Below, in pieces: positions 29,561-38,912 of a stretch of DNA of 64,000 nt. The notes under the pieces were generated by a model. That model made no database searches, had not been told where the DNA came from, and saw only the letters and a list, made by a program, of their open reading frames with translations. The position numbers were made by a program, and so were the translations under genes. Each line of letters begins with the position of its first letter. Positions within the stretch are counted from its first letter, which is position 1. The stretch is from a virus. Its lineage: Duplodnaviria; Heunggongvirae; Uroviricota; Caudoviricetes. The stretch lies in IMG/VR virus record IMGVR_UViG_3300006147_000008, positions 19,905 through 83,904 of that record; one strand, given 5' to 3'.

Positions 29561-29974
29561 TTATTCCAGATAGGGAAGCTCCTGTCGAATGTCATTTGGA
29601 ACGTTGCCACTCCAAACATAGGAGTTTTCCAGGATGAAATTGTTGTAAGTAGCAGCTGTTTTGTTCGCTCTCATTTTTGCCTGCTCTGCCCAGCCCTGCT
29701 TCTCCTCATTGTCACTGGCCTTATACTGCTCATAGGTGAGTCGGTCAGCTTCATAGGAAGCGACCATAGAGCGGCAGGTGTCCTCCACCTCTTTCTTAGT
29801 ATGGTAGTTGGTGGCGTCGTCAGCTTTCTGAACTGCGCCCCAATACGTGTTCCAGCTGGCGCGTCCCATAGGTGTGCAGCCGGAAAGGAAGCCTGCAACA
29901 ATAATAATCAGTGCCAGAGCAATGACTGCGAGTGACACAATTTGGATGGCACCATAGCGTTGTCTGTGTTTCAT
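29561..29974 (-). CDS. lipoprotein (hypothetical)
   Basis: Signal peptide with lipobox FLSGC. Confidence 0.5.
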   Translation of the reverse strand: MKHRQRYGAIQIVSLAVIALALIIIVAGFLSGCTPMGRASWNTYWGAVQKADDATNYHTKKEVEDTCRSMVASYEADRLTYEQYKASDNEEKQGWAEQAKMRANKTAATYNNFILENSYVWSGNVPNDIRQELPYLE

Positions 29975-30552
29975 TGGTTATCCTCCTGGATCAGCACTGT
30001 CGGCGTGCCCAGCTCGAAGGGGATGTCAGAATAGAGGTAGATACCCGTCCACTCAATATACTTACCATCTGGTGTGAAGAAAAAGATACCGTTGTCATTT
30101 TCGCCGTATGATCCGTCTACATCAGCCAGCTCAGTAGTAATGGTGTAATACCCGGCAGATGAATTTCCACCGCCTCTTGTCTCAACGTAGTCGGGGCTGA
30201 GAAAACTGTTGAGGCTGGATACTTTTCCATCTACAACGAACCGGCCCACAACGCCGCCCGCCTCCGTAAACAAAACGATGTAGCCCAAGGGCTTTTCTAC
30301 GGCACACGTAAGGGTGTTCGCCCGTTCCCGCTGCCCGTTGACCCAGTAAGCACGGCGTATCAGGTTGTACCGTTCCAGAGAGTAGTCGATATCAGTGGGT
30401 GTTTGTTGGGAATGTGTTAGCTTATCCGTAACGTTTTTGGTGTCGTCAATGTTCTGCTGGGTGCCAGAAGCAGTGTACGCACTCGGATCACCGCAGGCGC
30501 ACAGCGAAAGTGTCATCAGAGCGGCAAGGATAATTGCAATAATCTTCTTCAT
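29971..30552 (-). CDS. lipoprotein (hypothetical)
   Basis: MKKIIAIILAALMTLSLCAC lipobox; 193 aa. Confidence 0.5.
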   Translation of the reverse strand: MKKIIAIILAALMTLSLCACGDPSAYTASGTQQNIDDTKNVTDKLTHSQQTPTDIDYSLERYNLIRRAYWVNGQRERANTLTCAVEKPLGYIVLFTEAGGVVGRFVVDGKVSSLNSFLSPDYVETRGGGNSSAGYYTITTELADVDGSYGENDNGIFFFTPDGKYIEWTGIYLYSDIPFELGTPTVLIQEDNQ

Positions 30553-30670
30553 AAAATGTTCCTCCTTTAGTCACATGAGACGCCAATGTATTCCAGAACA
30601 CGGCGCATACCCAGCCCATGTTCTTCCCACGGCCTCATGCAGTAATCCCAAAGTTTGGGGTGGGTAATTT

Positions 30671-31504
30671 TCAGACGTTGGAAACGGTTTGGAGCCTTTT
30701 CCAAATGAGCGCCAAAGGCACAAAAGACACAGCCTGTACGATGCTCTCCTGTTGTTGTCCACCCCCCCCGTTAGTTCTGACGATATCGCCATAGACAGAT
30801 GCGTAAGGAATCTGATAGGTATACAGGTACTCAAGTACATCGCTTTCAGTCCAGAAGGACATGGGCTGAGAACTGGGATTTTTCCCGGAGAAAGCGTTAC
30901 AGCCCTGGTGTAGCCACGTACTGCGACGTAATCTGCTTTCTTCCGCCATGGTTGCGATGATGGGGTGCCGACCTGTCTCCTTTTTATACTTCTTCATGGG
31001 CCGCTTTTTCATGATATTGCAGCATCGAGCAGAAACCTTAAAGGGGGCGTCCAGCAGATAGCACCACTTTTCACAGTTGAACTCTGAAGGAGTACCATTG
31101 CTCCGCATAATCTCTCCGTGAAGCTCTTTCCACCGAAAAGAGCCAGGCTTGTGCCCATATTCCACAGTGTCGGCCACTCGTTTAGAAACAACTGGGTAGC
31201 CATACCGCTCAATGATTTTGCGGAAATTCATCTCTGGACGAACAACAGTGACATTTTCACAGCTTCTGGCAAACTGCCTAACCTCTGGGAACTCCAGCCC
31301 TGTGTCTGAAAACACTGCCGGCACATCAGGGTAGATGCGCCGTACAATGTCAAGGAGCACCGTAGAATCCTTGCCCCCAGAAAAAGCCACGTAAACTTGG
31401 CCGTCGTAGTGCTGATACCACTCAATGATCCGAGCGGTCGTAATTTGGATTTTGCGTTGAAGTGGAAGCCTCTGTAGCTCTTCCAGCTGTTCCCTACTAT
31501 GCAA
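30671..31504 (-). CDS. PP-loop ATP pyrophosphatase (PAPS reductase / TtcA-like)
   Basis: VAFSGGKDSTVLLD PP-loop; Cys cluster CEKWC...CC; TTG start with RBS; contains in-frame C8 tract at about 30756. Confidence 0.6.
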   Translation of the reverse strand: MHSREQLEELQRLPLQRKIQITTARIIEWYQHYDGQVYVAFSGGKDSTVLLDIVRRIYPDVPAVFSDTGLEFPEVRQFARSCENVTVVRPEMNFRKIIERYGYPVVSKRVADTVEYGHKPGSFRWKELHGEIMRSNGTPSEFNCEKWCYLLDAPFKVSARCCNIMKKRPMKKYKKETGRHPIIATMAEESRLRRSTWLHQGCNAFSGKNPSSQPMSFWTESDVLEYLYTYQIPYASVYGDIVRTNGGGGQQQESIVQAVSFVPLALIWKRLQTVSNV

Positions 31505-31607
31505 ATCTCATACCTCCGGGACGTGGCCCACCTCCATCGCCTCCTCCGCTGATAAAATAGAGGAGGACGAGGAGGGCCACCAGAATGAGTGTGACGCCGC
31601 CCATAGC

Positions 31608-32081
31608 TTACTCCGTGGCTTCAGCAATAGGCGTCTCTGCACAGTCAGGGGCCGGCAGAGCAGAGATAACAGACGGCTTGTACTGGCCGGTGCGCTTCAG
31701 CCACTCGTTGATGACACGATTGAAGGTGTTGTCGTTGCCCATGTACTTCTTGAGCATGGCAGTGGTCAGGCCGGCCTCAGCACTGAACACATCTCCGGGC
31801 TGGCACTTCACCACCGTCTTGGTGCCGTCGCTCCAGTACACAATGGTAGCCGGATCGTTGAAAATCACGTTCGTGGGCAGCGGCAAAGGAGCGGATGCGG
31901 GTGGGTTGTTCTTCATGTGCCGCATAGCGGCGTTCCAGCCACGGACAAAAGGATCGTCTGGAACAGCGGCGTTGACTGCGGCAATAGCTGCACCCCCAAA
32001 CAGATCACCCAGAATATCGGGCAGTGTGACAGGCTTCCAAGGTTCAACGACGGGACGAGCAAAAATTTGATTCGGGTTCAT
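31608..32081 (-). CDS. hypothetical protein
   Basis: Start at RBS-preceded MNPNQIFA; 157 aa. Confidence 0.45.
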   Translation of the reverse strand: MNPNQIFARPVVEPWKPVTLPDILGDLFGGAAIAAVNAAVPDDPFVRGWNAAMRHMKNNPPASAPLPLPTNVIFNDPATIVYWSDGTKTVVKCQPGDVFSAEAGLTTAMLKKYMGNDNTFNRVINEWLKRTGQYKPSVISALPAPDCAETPIAEATE

Positions 32082-32100
32082 AATTGATTTCCTCCTATTT

Positions 32101-33033
32101 TTAATGTGCGTGTAGGTCACAATCGTTGATGATTTTGACCCGTTTCCAGATATCCTTACCGAGCATACGTTTGAACTTTTGTTCTGTCTTGCTCGGATTA
32201 TCTGAGTGGTTTATTGCAAACGGAACCATGTGCCAGCGGATCAAAAGAGCAGAGGCCAGCTGGTCATCCATGTGAAGGTCATAGTTACAGGCAAAGCTGT
32301 CGTATGCCCCCACACGCTCGTGATTGTAGAAGTGGGCGATCTCCGTGGGTTCGCCCTTGCTGTTGTGGAAAGCCTTAGTCTGCTCTTTGCCGATATCGTG
32401 GAGCAGAATAGAGCGGCTCAGGACGATATCTTGAGCCATATCACCGTAGTGACTGACGAAGTAGTTGTGGGCTGTCAGCATATGCTGACCAACTGTCAGT
32501 TGATGGTGCGGGTTGTCATGCTCTAAGGCCGAGAGGCGGATCAAGGTCTTGTTGATGATATCCTCGCTCGGCTCTACACCACGCACGATGATGTCATCCC
32601 AGCCCTCCAAATACATGGGAACATCAAATTTGTGGTACATCCGGGTGATTACACTGTCTGGGACACTGCGTTCATGCTCATGATTTTGTTGCAAGCAACG
32701 CTCATAAGAAACAGCCATGAACACACAGGTAATTTGCAAATCCCGGATACGAAGCGCCTGCACACGATCTACGAACTGCTTGCGCTGTTTGTAATTGATG
32801 TTTGTGGCGTCGTAAACCACATTCTTCCCCGCCCGCAAATCAGAGAATACGCGCTCGTGGAGGGTGCTGAACACTAAGGCTTGCTGTGTCTGGTCGTTCT
32901 CATCACCCAGCAACTCACGTCGGATCTCATCACTGGAATGTACCACCGCACCAGGACTGACACTGAGCACATTCCGAGCGAAGGTAGACTTGCCGCTACC
33001 CGGCAGTCCCACCATCATAAAGAAATTTTGCAC
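32101..33033 (-). CDS. polynucleotide kinase (P-loop) fused to HD-domain phosphoesterase (RNA end-healing enzyme)
   Basis: MVGLPGSGKSTFARN Walker A and ...YDATNINYKQRKQ kinase region like T4 Pnk; C-terminal HD motif LLHDIGK..H. Confidence 0.65.
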   Translation of the reverse strand: MQNFFMMVGLPGSGKSTFARNVLSVSPGAVVHSSDEIRRELLGDENDQTQQALVFSTLHERVFSDLRAGKNVVYDATNINYKQRKQFVDRVQALRIRDLQITCVFMAVSYERCLQQNHEHERSVPDSVITRMYHKFDVPMYLEGWDDIIVRGVEPSEDIINKTLIRLSALEHDNPHHQLTVGQHMLTAHNYFVSHYGDMAQDIVLSRSILLHDIGKEQTKAFHNSKGEPTEIAHFYNHERVGAYDSFACNYDLHMDDQLASALLIRWHMVPFAINHSDNPSKTEQKFKRMLGKDIWKRVKIINDCDLHAH

Positions 33034-33045
33034 GTCACTTCCTCC

Positions 33046-33372
33046 TCACCCCAGAAGTACCCCCAAAAGCAGGTACGTTCCGAGTTTTTTGATGTCTGGG
33101 TCATCCGGTGCGTCTGTCTCGCACTTACTTGAATTGCAGTGGAATAGTAGGTGTGCGGCACTCTCGCCATTTACCACCTTGCAAACCTTCATGATGTCGT
33201 CCGGCTCGGTCACATACTCGACCTTCCACTCAAAGCCATCCGACTTCAACTGCGGAATTGCATTGAAGAACTCCGAGGCCATTTTCCCAGCCTTTTCGAG
33301 CATCACTTCCAAAGAGTCTTCATCCTTGATCCCAGAGAGAAACTTGAGGGCGTTGAGCTGGCCGTCATTCAT
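33046..33372 (-). CDS. hypothetical protein
   Basis: Start MNDGQ with GGGAGGTG RBS overlapping NTase stop. Confidence 0.4.
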   Translation of the reverse strand: MNDGQLNALKFLSGIKDEDSLEVMLEKAGKMASEFFNAIPQLKSDGFEWKVEYVTEPDDIMKVCKVVNGESAAHLLFHCNSSKCETDAPDDPDIKKLGTYLLLGVLLG

Positions 33373-34186
33373 CCTTGTCACCTCCCTGGAGTTCTGTCAG
33401 GAAGCACCGCTTGAGAATTTCAACCGTAGCGGTGCGGAGCACTGCGTCAGCGTGCCCGTTGACTTGTACCGGCACCGCATCCATATACTGCTGCTTGTCG
33501 GCTTTCATAAAAGCAATAGTGGCGTTCATCATAGCGCGGGCCTGTTCCAATGGATAGTCACCCCGTTTGACCTCCATCAGAAAATCACGGTCGTTGCTGA
33601 CCAAGCACTCTGCGTAAGGCTCACCAGCCATATAGCGGGTCATAAACTCCCTCATGCGCAAAGCGTGGTGAAGCTGTTTGGGGTCATATCCAAACGCCTC
33701 GATTTTGTCCATAGTGCCCGGATAAGGGTGCTCCATGGCCTTTTGCTTTTCCAAAGCCATACCCATCAGACAGTTCATACCGGCGTAGTTGTTATAGCGG
33801 GCAATCTCCTCACGGGCGTCCAACACCGACTGGAACAAATCGGCGTATTTGGGATTGAGAATGCGATAACGAGTGAACAGGATCTCCACGAAGTTCACAT
33901 TCTGCTTTTTGATGCACTCGAACATCAACCGGATATCCTTGAAGTCAACGTGCTCGTTGTTCTCCATAATGTGAGTGGTACTGATGGGCTTAGAACACAG
34001 CACGAAATCGGAGAAGTTGGGCAACAGGATGGCCTTGGTGTCAATGTCACTGCCCGCATAGTCCAACTCGTAATTCTGGGAGCCTTGGAGAAAAATGCCC
34101 ACCCATTCCCGCCCAGTGGCCCGCACCGCATCGAGGTGTTGATGGATGCGGGCCATGATCTTGTTTTTCTTCTCTGCTACGTTCAT
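33365..34186 (-). CDS. minimal nucleotidyltransferase (Pol-beta superfamily)
   Basis: GSQNYELDYAGSDIDTKAIL = GS-x10-DxD NTase signature. Confidence 0.55.
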   Translation of the reverse strand: MNVAEKKNKIMARIHQHLDAVRATGREWVGIFLQGSQNYELDYAGSDIDTKAILLPNFSDFVLCSKPISTTHIMENNEHVDFKDIRLMFECIKKQNVNFVEILFTRYRILNPKYADLFQSVLDAREEIARYNNYAGMNCLMGMALEKQKAMEHPYPGTMDKIEAFGYDPKQLHHALRMREFMTRYMAGEPYAECLVSNDRDFLMEVKRGDYPLEQARAMMNATIAFMKADKQQYMDAVPVQVNGHADAVLRTATVEILKRCFLTELQGGDKDE

Positions 34187-34199
34187 CCTGCGCCTCCTT

Positions 34200-34340
34200 A
34201 GATGGGTTCGGGCAGGTTGGGGTTGTACCGGCCAACATACTTGCCGTCCTCAAAGATCAGCCGGTAGCCATCGGGCAGTTCCAGGTAGTTGCGGTCGTCC
34301 CCACAGGGGATTTTCTTCATGCCCTCAATGCAGACGTTCA
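34200..34340 (-). CDS. small hypothetical protein (47 aa)
   Basis: ATG-initiated MNVCIEGMKKIPCGDDRNYLELPDGYRLIFEDGKYVGRYNPNLPEPI between NTase and ligase. Confidence 0.25.
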
Positions 34341-35849
34341 TCCCTCATCTCCTCCTCTCTCAATTTCTTGGGCTTCCTCCATATCAGGTGCGGCGGCGGT
34401 GTCCTTAATCAGCCCCTCCAGTACCTTGAAATAGAAGTTTTTATGCTTGTAAGCAGTGAACTTGGGGCGGTTGACGATCCGACAGACAACACCTTCGCGG
34501 ATGTGGGACTTGCCCACAGGATCAGGGCCGTCGTAAAACTGTTCTGCCACAGACTTTACATACTCGCCAGCGTTCACAGCATGGGGAGATCCCACATTGT
34601 CGGAAAGCTGAACCATGTCGGGAATGAAGCCGCGCCAGAACAGCGGCACATACTTGACACCCATCTGTTCACAGCGATAGCGCATAAAGTCGGGTGAATA
34701 CTCCACCACATCACCGTCCTCATTGGTCATGGTCATACGGTAGACATAGAGGTCGGACTTGGGGCAGTCCACAGGATTAAGCGGTTGATTCACGAAGTCG
34801 GAAACTTCAATCTCCGGCCCGCCGTCTGTGGATACTTTACCGGGGCCGAAGTGGATAGCATCAGCCATCTTCTTGCCAGTAGGATCACAACCATAACTAA
34901 ATACGGTCATCTTGCCATACTGCTTGGCAAACTCCTTGTCATTCACCTTGGCATTACTACCAGGAGACATGATAGGTGTTCCGTCGTTGGTGAAGCCCAC
35001 CACCTCGTAGTAGACCGTCTCGCCCTTGCGGAGCTTCCCTTCAAAAACCTTGGCGTGCTGCTCACGGAAAGCATTGCTACCGTAGTAGCCTCCATTCTCA
35101 AAGTCATCCAGTACCACGCGGCGAGTGCCAGTCACATAGCCCCAGTCGTACACCGGCGTCCGCTTGATCCGGTTGCGAAGCCAAAGCGGAGTATGCTTGC
35201 CCTCGGAGAAAAACTTCCCCATGCGACTTTGGTACTTGTACCCTTGGAGAACAGGAAGGTAGCCGGTACGCTGAGAAGTACCGTGCATTTTCAGTGTGAT
35301 CTCCACCAAATCGCCCGGACGGAAAGCAGAGAGGTTGTAGGCCAGCTGCTCGGTATCGGCGTGCTCCTGGAACAGCGGGGAGATAGGGTCAGAGCGTTTA
35401 CGAACATGGTTGCCCTTATCCCCGCCGCCATATCTCTGAGATTTCCGCTTGGGGATATACTTTTCACAGATGGTCACACCGTTCAGCACGGTGATGGTGT
35501 CGCCCTCGGAGAGCTTGGAGACATCGGTAAACCCGTCCAAGCAGGACAGCGGCATGAACAGCCCGTCGCTCTGTTCACCACGGAGCTTCAGTGCCTTGAT
35601 ATTCCGCTTCTCAGGGTCGAGATATCCACCTGCGGGGTTGCCATTCTCATCCTTCCGCCGCAAAAGGTCGTGCTTCTGGGAAAACTCAAGACCGAGCCTG
35701 CCGTCCACTGGGAAATAAACACCCAGCTGGTCAGGCTGCGTCCCCAGATCCACAATTACGGTGTTGCCAAAACACTCGCCACAGAGAAGTCGGTCGGCGT
35801 TGCTGTGCTTCCGCAGATTGCGTATCCGAGTAACATACGCACAGTACAT
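34338..35849 (-). CDS. RNA ligase (Rnl2-like KxHGxN motif) with N-terminal tRNA-binding (Myf/EMAP-like OB) domain
   Basis: N-term ...HSNADRLLCGECFG..VIVDLG...LRGEQSDGLFMPLSCL matches tRNA_bind domain; ITLKMHGTSQR = nucleotidyltransferase motif I as in T4 Rnl2 KIHGTN. Confidence 0.6.
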   Translation of the reverse strand: MYCAYVTRIRNLRKHSNADRLLCGECFGNTVIVDLGTQPDQLGVYFPVDGRLGLEFSQKHDLLRRKDENGNPAGGYLDPEKRNIKALKLRGEQSDGLFMPLSCLDGFTDVSKLSEGDTITVLNGVTICEKYIPKRKSQRYGGGDKGNHVRKRSDPISPLFQEHADTEQLAYNLSAFRPGDLVEITLKMHGTSQRTGYLPVLQGYKYQSRMGKFFSEGKHTPLWLRNRIKRTPVYDWGYVTGTRRVVLDDFENGGYYGSNAFREQHAKVFEGKLRKGETVYYEVVGFTNDGTPIMSPGSNAKVNDKEFAKQYGKMTVFSYGCDPTGKKMADAIHFGPGKVSTDGGPEIEVSDFVNQPLNPVDCPKSDLYVYRMTMTNEDGDVVEYSPDFMRYRCEQMGVKYVPLFWRGFIPDMVQLSDNVGSPHAVNAGEYVKSVAEQFYDGPDPVGKSHIREGVVCRIVNRPKFTAYKHKNFYFKVLEGLIKDTAAAPDMEEAQEIERGGDEG

Positions 35850-35908
35850 TGTTTATCACTCCTTCAAGAGATTTTGTTGCACCAAAAGCAAAAAAGGTAC
35901 AAAAAAAA

Positions 35909-37066
35909 TTAGGGATACATAGTTTTCAACCGATGTACAGCCTCAGCGATAGCCTGGGCCGTATCCACCATGTCGTTTGCCGTATTGTCATACCCCAGTG
36001 AGATACGGACTGTTGACGCTGCGTCTTCATCTGACAGCCCAATTCCTTTTAGAACATGGGACGGTACAGAGTCGGATGCGCTGCAAGCAGAGCCGGCAGA
36101 AAGATAAATTTCCTTTTGATCCAGCAAAAGAAGCAGTGCTTCACTGTTCACACCTGGAATTGTTATGCTGATGATGTTATGGGTTCGCAAATCGGCGGCG
36201 TTCTGCCGATACTCTCCAGGCATTACCTTATCCAGCTCTTTCAACAGAACATATTCCTGACTGTTCCACTTTTGAATTTGCCGAGGAAGCCGATGAATGA
36301 TAATCTCAGCAGCTTTGCCAAGACCTACGATGCCGGGCACATTGTATGTTCCCGCTCTCATGCCGTGCTCCTGTCCGCCACCACCGATTAGCGCCCTCTT
36401 GGAAACTCCATTGCGTACATAGAGCACTCCAACACCAGGAGGTGCGCCGAACTTATGCCCGGACATCGAGAGGAAATCCATACCACACTTCTTAACGTCG
36501 ATGGGAATGTGGCCCGCCGCCTGCACAGCATCCACATGGAAAGACAATCTATTCTTTTTACAAAGCATTGCAATTTCCTCAATGGGATTGATCGTGCCAA
36601 GCTCGTTGTTTACCCACATCACAGACACAGCTTGATAACAGCTGGAATCAAGGAGGTGTCTTAGATCGTCCATATCCACACTTCCGTCTGACAGGTTCTT
36701 CACATAGGTGACTTCATGTGCCCACTCTTCCAGTGGATGAGGCACGGAATGATGTTCAAGTCTGGTTGTGATAACTCGCTCACCCATAACATATCGGGCA
36801 AATGTGTTGTTGGACTCCGTACCACCGGAGGTAAAGAAAATCTCCGATGTATCAGCGTTGATCATTTTGGCAACCTGTTCACGAGCGTTCTCTATGGCCT
36901 GCGATGCGTTCACGCCCTGCGTGTGAATACTGCTGGCGTTACCTACATGATCCGGCTGAAACCAAGGAAGCATGGCTTCCAAAACCTCTGGGAATACGGC
37001 TGTGGTCGCTGCATGGTCGAGATAAATCACTGGTATCACCTCTTTCTGAAAAAGAGGCTCAGACAA
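35909..37066 (-). CDS. cysteine desulfurase (class V aminotransferase, NifS/IscS-like)
   Basis: PLP-lysine motif SMSGHKFGAPPGVGVLYV; 385 aa. Confidence 0.85.
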   Translation of the reverse strand: MSEPLFQKEVIPVIYLDHAATTAVFPEVLEAMLPWFQPDHVGNASSIHTQGVNASQAIENAREQVAKMINADTSEIFFTSGGTESNNTFARYVMGERVITTRLEHHSVPHPLEEWAHEVTYVKNLSDGSVDMDDLRHLLDSSCYQAVSVMWVNNELGTINPIEEIAMLCKKNRLSFHVDAVQAAGHIPIDVKKCGMDFLSMSGHKFGAPPGVGVLYVRNGVSKRALIGGGGQEHGMRAGTYNVPGIVGLGKAAEIIIHRLPRQIQKWNSQEYVLLKELDKVMPGEYRQNAADLRTHNIISITIPGVNSEALLLLLDQKEIYLSAGSACSASDSVPSHVLKGIGLSDEDAASTVRISLGYDNTANDMVDTAQAIAEAVHRLKTMYP

Positions 37067-37134
37067 GATATCCGTGGGTATTGGAAAATTCGCCTGAGCC
37101 TCCTTTGAGAGATTTTATTGCTTGCTATTCGGTT

Positions 37135-38688
37135 TTAAGAGAAGCGCAGAGCATCCTCGACGGGCTGATAGCGATCCACATTGATGGCTTCCAGCAAACA
37201 CTCGTAGGGGTCGAGCTTGCCGCTCATAACCATCTTGGCGATGTTCACAGAGAAACCACTGACCAAGGCAACGCCCATATCGTTCTCCTTGACGGGGATG
37301 GTGCCCGTGCGAGAGGCCACATTCCAGAACACCAACCGAGGCATCTTGTAGCCCGCTGCCTCATACCGCTTGGCAATCTCCTTGAACAAGTTGGCGTTGG
37401 GACGGCCAGAAGAGTAGGAAGACCAGCCGGTGCCCCACACCGTACCCGCCGTCGTGCAGGAGTCAAACTCCATATCGGAGATGATGAGGATATTGGTAGG
37501 CAGCTCATCCTGCTCCATATGGTTGGCCTTGGCCGTCTCCAGAATCAGGTCGAAAACCGCCTCCACATTGGTGTTGGCACCGGCGTGGTGATCGTGGGTG
37601 ATGCGCAGCTTCTCATAGAGGTTCTTACCGTTACGCAGGCTGATGAGCTGGGGCCGATCAGAAAAGCTCATATACTGATCCTTGAACTGACCAGAGGAAC
37701 GCTCGGCGAAATAGATCGCCAAGGCGTTCGCCACCTCCAAGGGGCGGGCAGTGCTGCCGGGCAGGTTCACCCATTCCATGCTCCCACTGTCATCCATGAC
37801 CACCATCGTGTTACCACATCCACTCACGGTATCGGGCAGGTTGCTCCACAGCGCCTCCAGCGTGTCGTCCACGTTATACGCACTGCGATACTTGTTGACG
37901 ATCTCATGCGGGAAAAGAGCGCCAGCATTGATGTGGCTCTCACCCTTCTTCACGCTTTCCAAGAAAGCGCGGCGGCGATCCTCGTCATGGCGGAGGAAAG
38001 CCTTGTTGTACACCAGATTGGCACGGGAGGGGACACGGGGGTACTCGATCTCGTCCCACTGCTGGGCGGACATCTGCTGCTCCACGACCTTGAGGTAGTT
38101 GCAGAGGATAGCCAGCGTGGACTGGTATTCACTCTCGGTCATGTGCAGTCCCTTCCGCATGGTCTGGCCGTAGCTTCTCGTCCGCTTGGAAGATGTCTTG
38201 CAGCGGGGCATCCACTTGGCGAGAAGGGATACGGGCTTCTTCGCCATACGGTTTTCTGTGTCCTCCATGAGCTGCTGGCGCACCAGGCTGATCACGTCCT
38301 CCTTGAGGGGCGTATCCAGTAGGCACCACAGGTCGTCCCAACGGCCATATTCTGGCACCAGCGGGATGATGGGCTTGATATACTGCGGCATGGTTTTCGC
38401 CATGTCAAGCAACACAGCCCGGAACAGCCGCCGCTCACCCAGACCGCCACGCACATCACGTGCGTAAAACAGCCATTTCATAGCCGTCAGCTTGTCATCG
38501 AAGAACGCCTTGGAGAAACGCTTGGCAATCTCCGTCTCCGGCGTTTTCCGTAGGGAGGCCACGGCAAAGCTCAGATCCAACAAATTCTTTCCCGTGGTGC
38601 GGTAGCCCACTGCGCCGTTCTCGGTGATAGAAACGTTGTGGTTGTCCCCGTTCAGCGTGTCCTTCATGCTGTTCATAAAGTCACCCAT
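37135..38688 (-). CDS. vWA-domain protein with large N-terminal domain (DUF2828-like; possible TROVE/Ro60-like RNA-binding protein)
   Basis: C-terminal MIDAS TMVVMDDSGSMEW (DxSxS) vWA; 517 aa; first gene downstream of tRNA-like array. Confidence 0.55.
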   Translation of the reverse strand: MGDFMNSMKDTLNGDNHNVSITENGAVGYRTTGKNLLDLSFAVASLRKTPETEIAKRFSKAFFDDKLTAMKWLFYARDVRGGLGERRLFRAVLLDMAKTMPQYIKPIIPLVPEYGRWDDLWCLLDTPLKEDVISLVRQQLMEDTENRMAKKPVSLLAKWMPRCKTSSKRTRSYGQTMRKGLHMTESEYQSTLAILCNYLKVVEQQMSAQQWDEIEYPRVPSRANLVYNKAFLRHDEDRRRAFLESVKKGESHINAGALFPHEIVNKYRSAYNVDDTLEALWSNLPDTVSGCGNTMVVMDDSGSMEWVNLPGSTARPLEVANALAIYFAERSSGQFKDQYMSFSDRPQLISLRNGKNLYEKLRITHDHHAGANTNVEAVFDLILETAKANHMEQDELPTNILIISDMEFDSCTTAGTVWGTGWSSYSSGRPNANLFKEIAKRYEAAGYKMPRLVFWNVASRTGTIPVKENDMGVALVSGFSVNIAKMVMSGKLDPYECLLEAINVDRYQPVEDALRFS

Positions 38689-38784
38689 TTTCTCTTACCT
38701 CCTTGATTTTGAGATACTCGGAACACATAGGGATTTTTGTTGTTCGTGTTCAGAGATGTACCCGTCTTTCCGGGTTGTCTAAGG

Positions 38785-38907
38785 TACGGCGGGTAGGATT
38801 TGAACCTACGAATGGCAGCTTGGCTTCCTTTTTACATTGCTGTTAGTGAAACTGGGGTGTTCCACATTTTATAGGGCTGCTGTGTTAAACCACTTCACCA
38901 CCGCCGT
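38785..38907 (-). ncRNA. tRNA-like RNA A (about 123 nt): canonical arms plus about 56-nt insert between anticodon-stem strands
   Basis: 7-bp acceptor ACGGCGG/CCGCCGT, D-arm GGTG..CACA, T-arm GTAGG-TTCAAAT-CCTAC; GCAGC...GCTGC encloses an insert with hairpin GTGGAAC-N6-GTTTCAC and ACAGCAA box. Confidence 0.55.
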
Positions 38908-38912
38908 GTAGG

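Noticed and set aside
32864-34201. 445-aa plus-strand ORF
   Set aside because: Antisense to the PNK-HD, hypothetical and NTase genes, which have recognisable motifs and RBSs; Ser/Pro/Leu-rich low-complexity translation.
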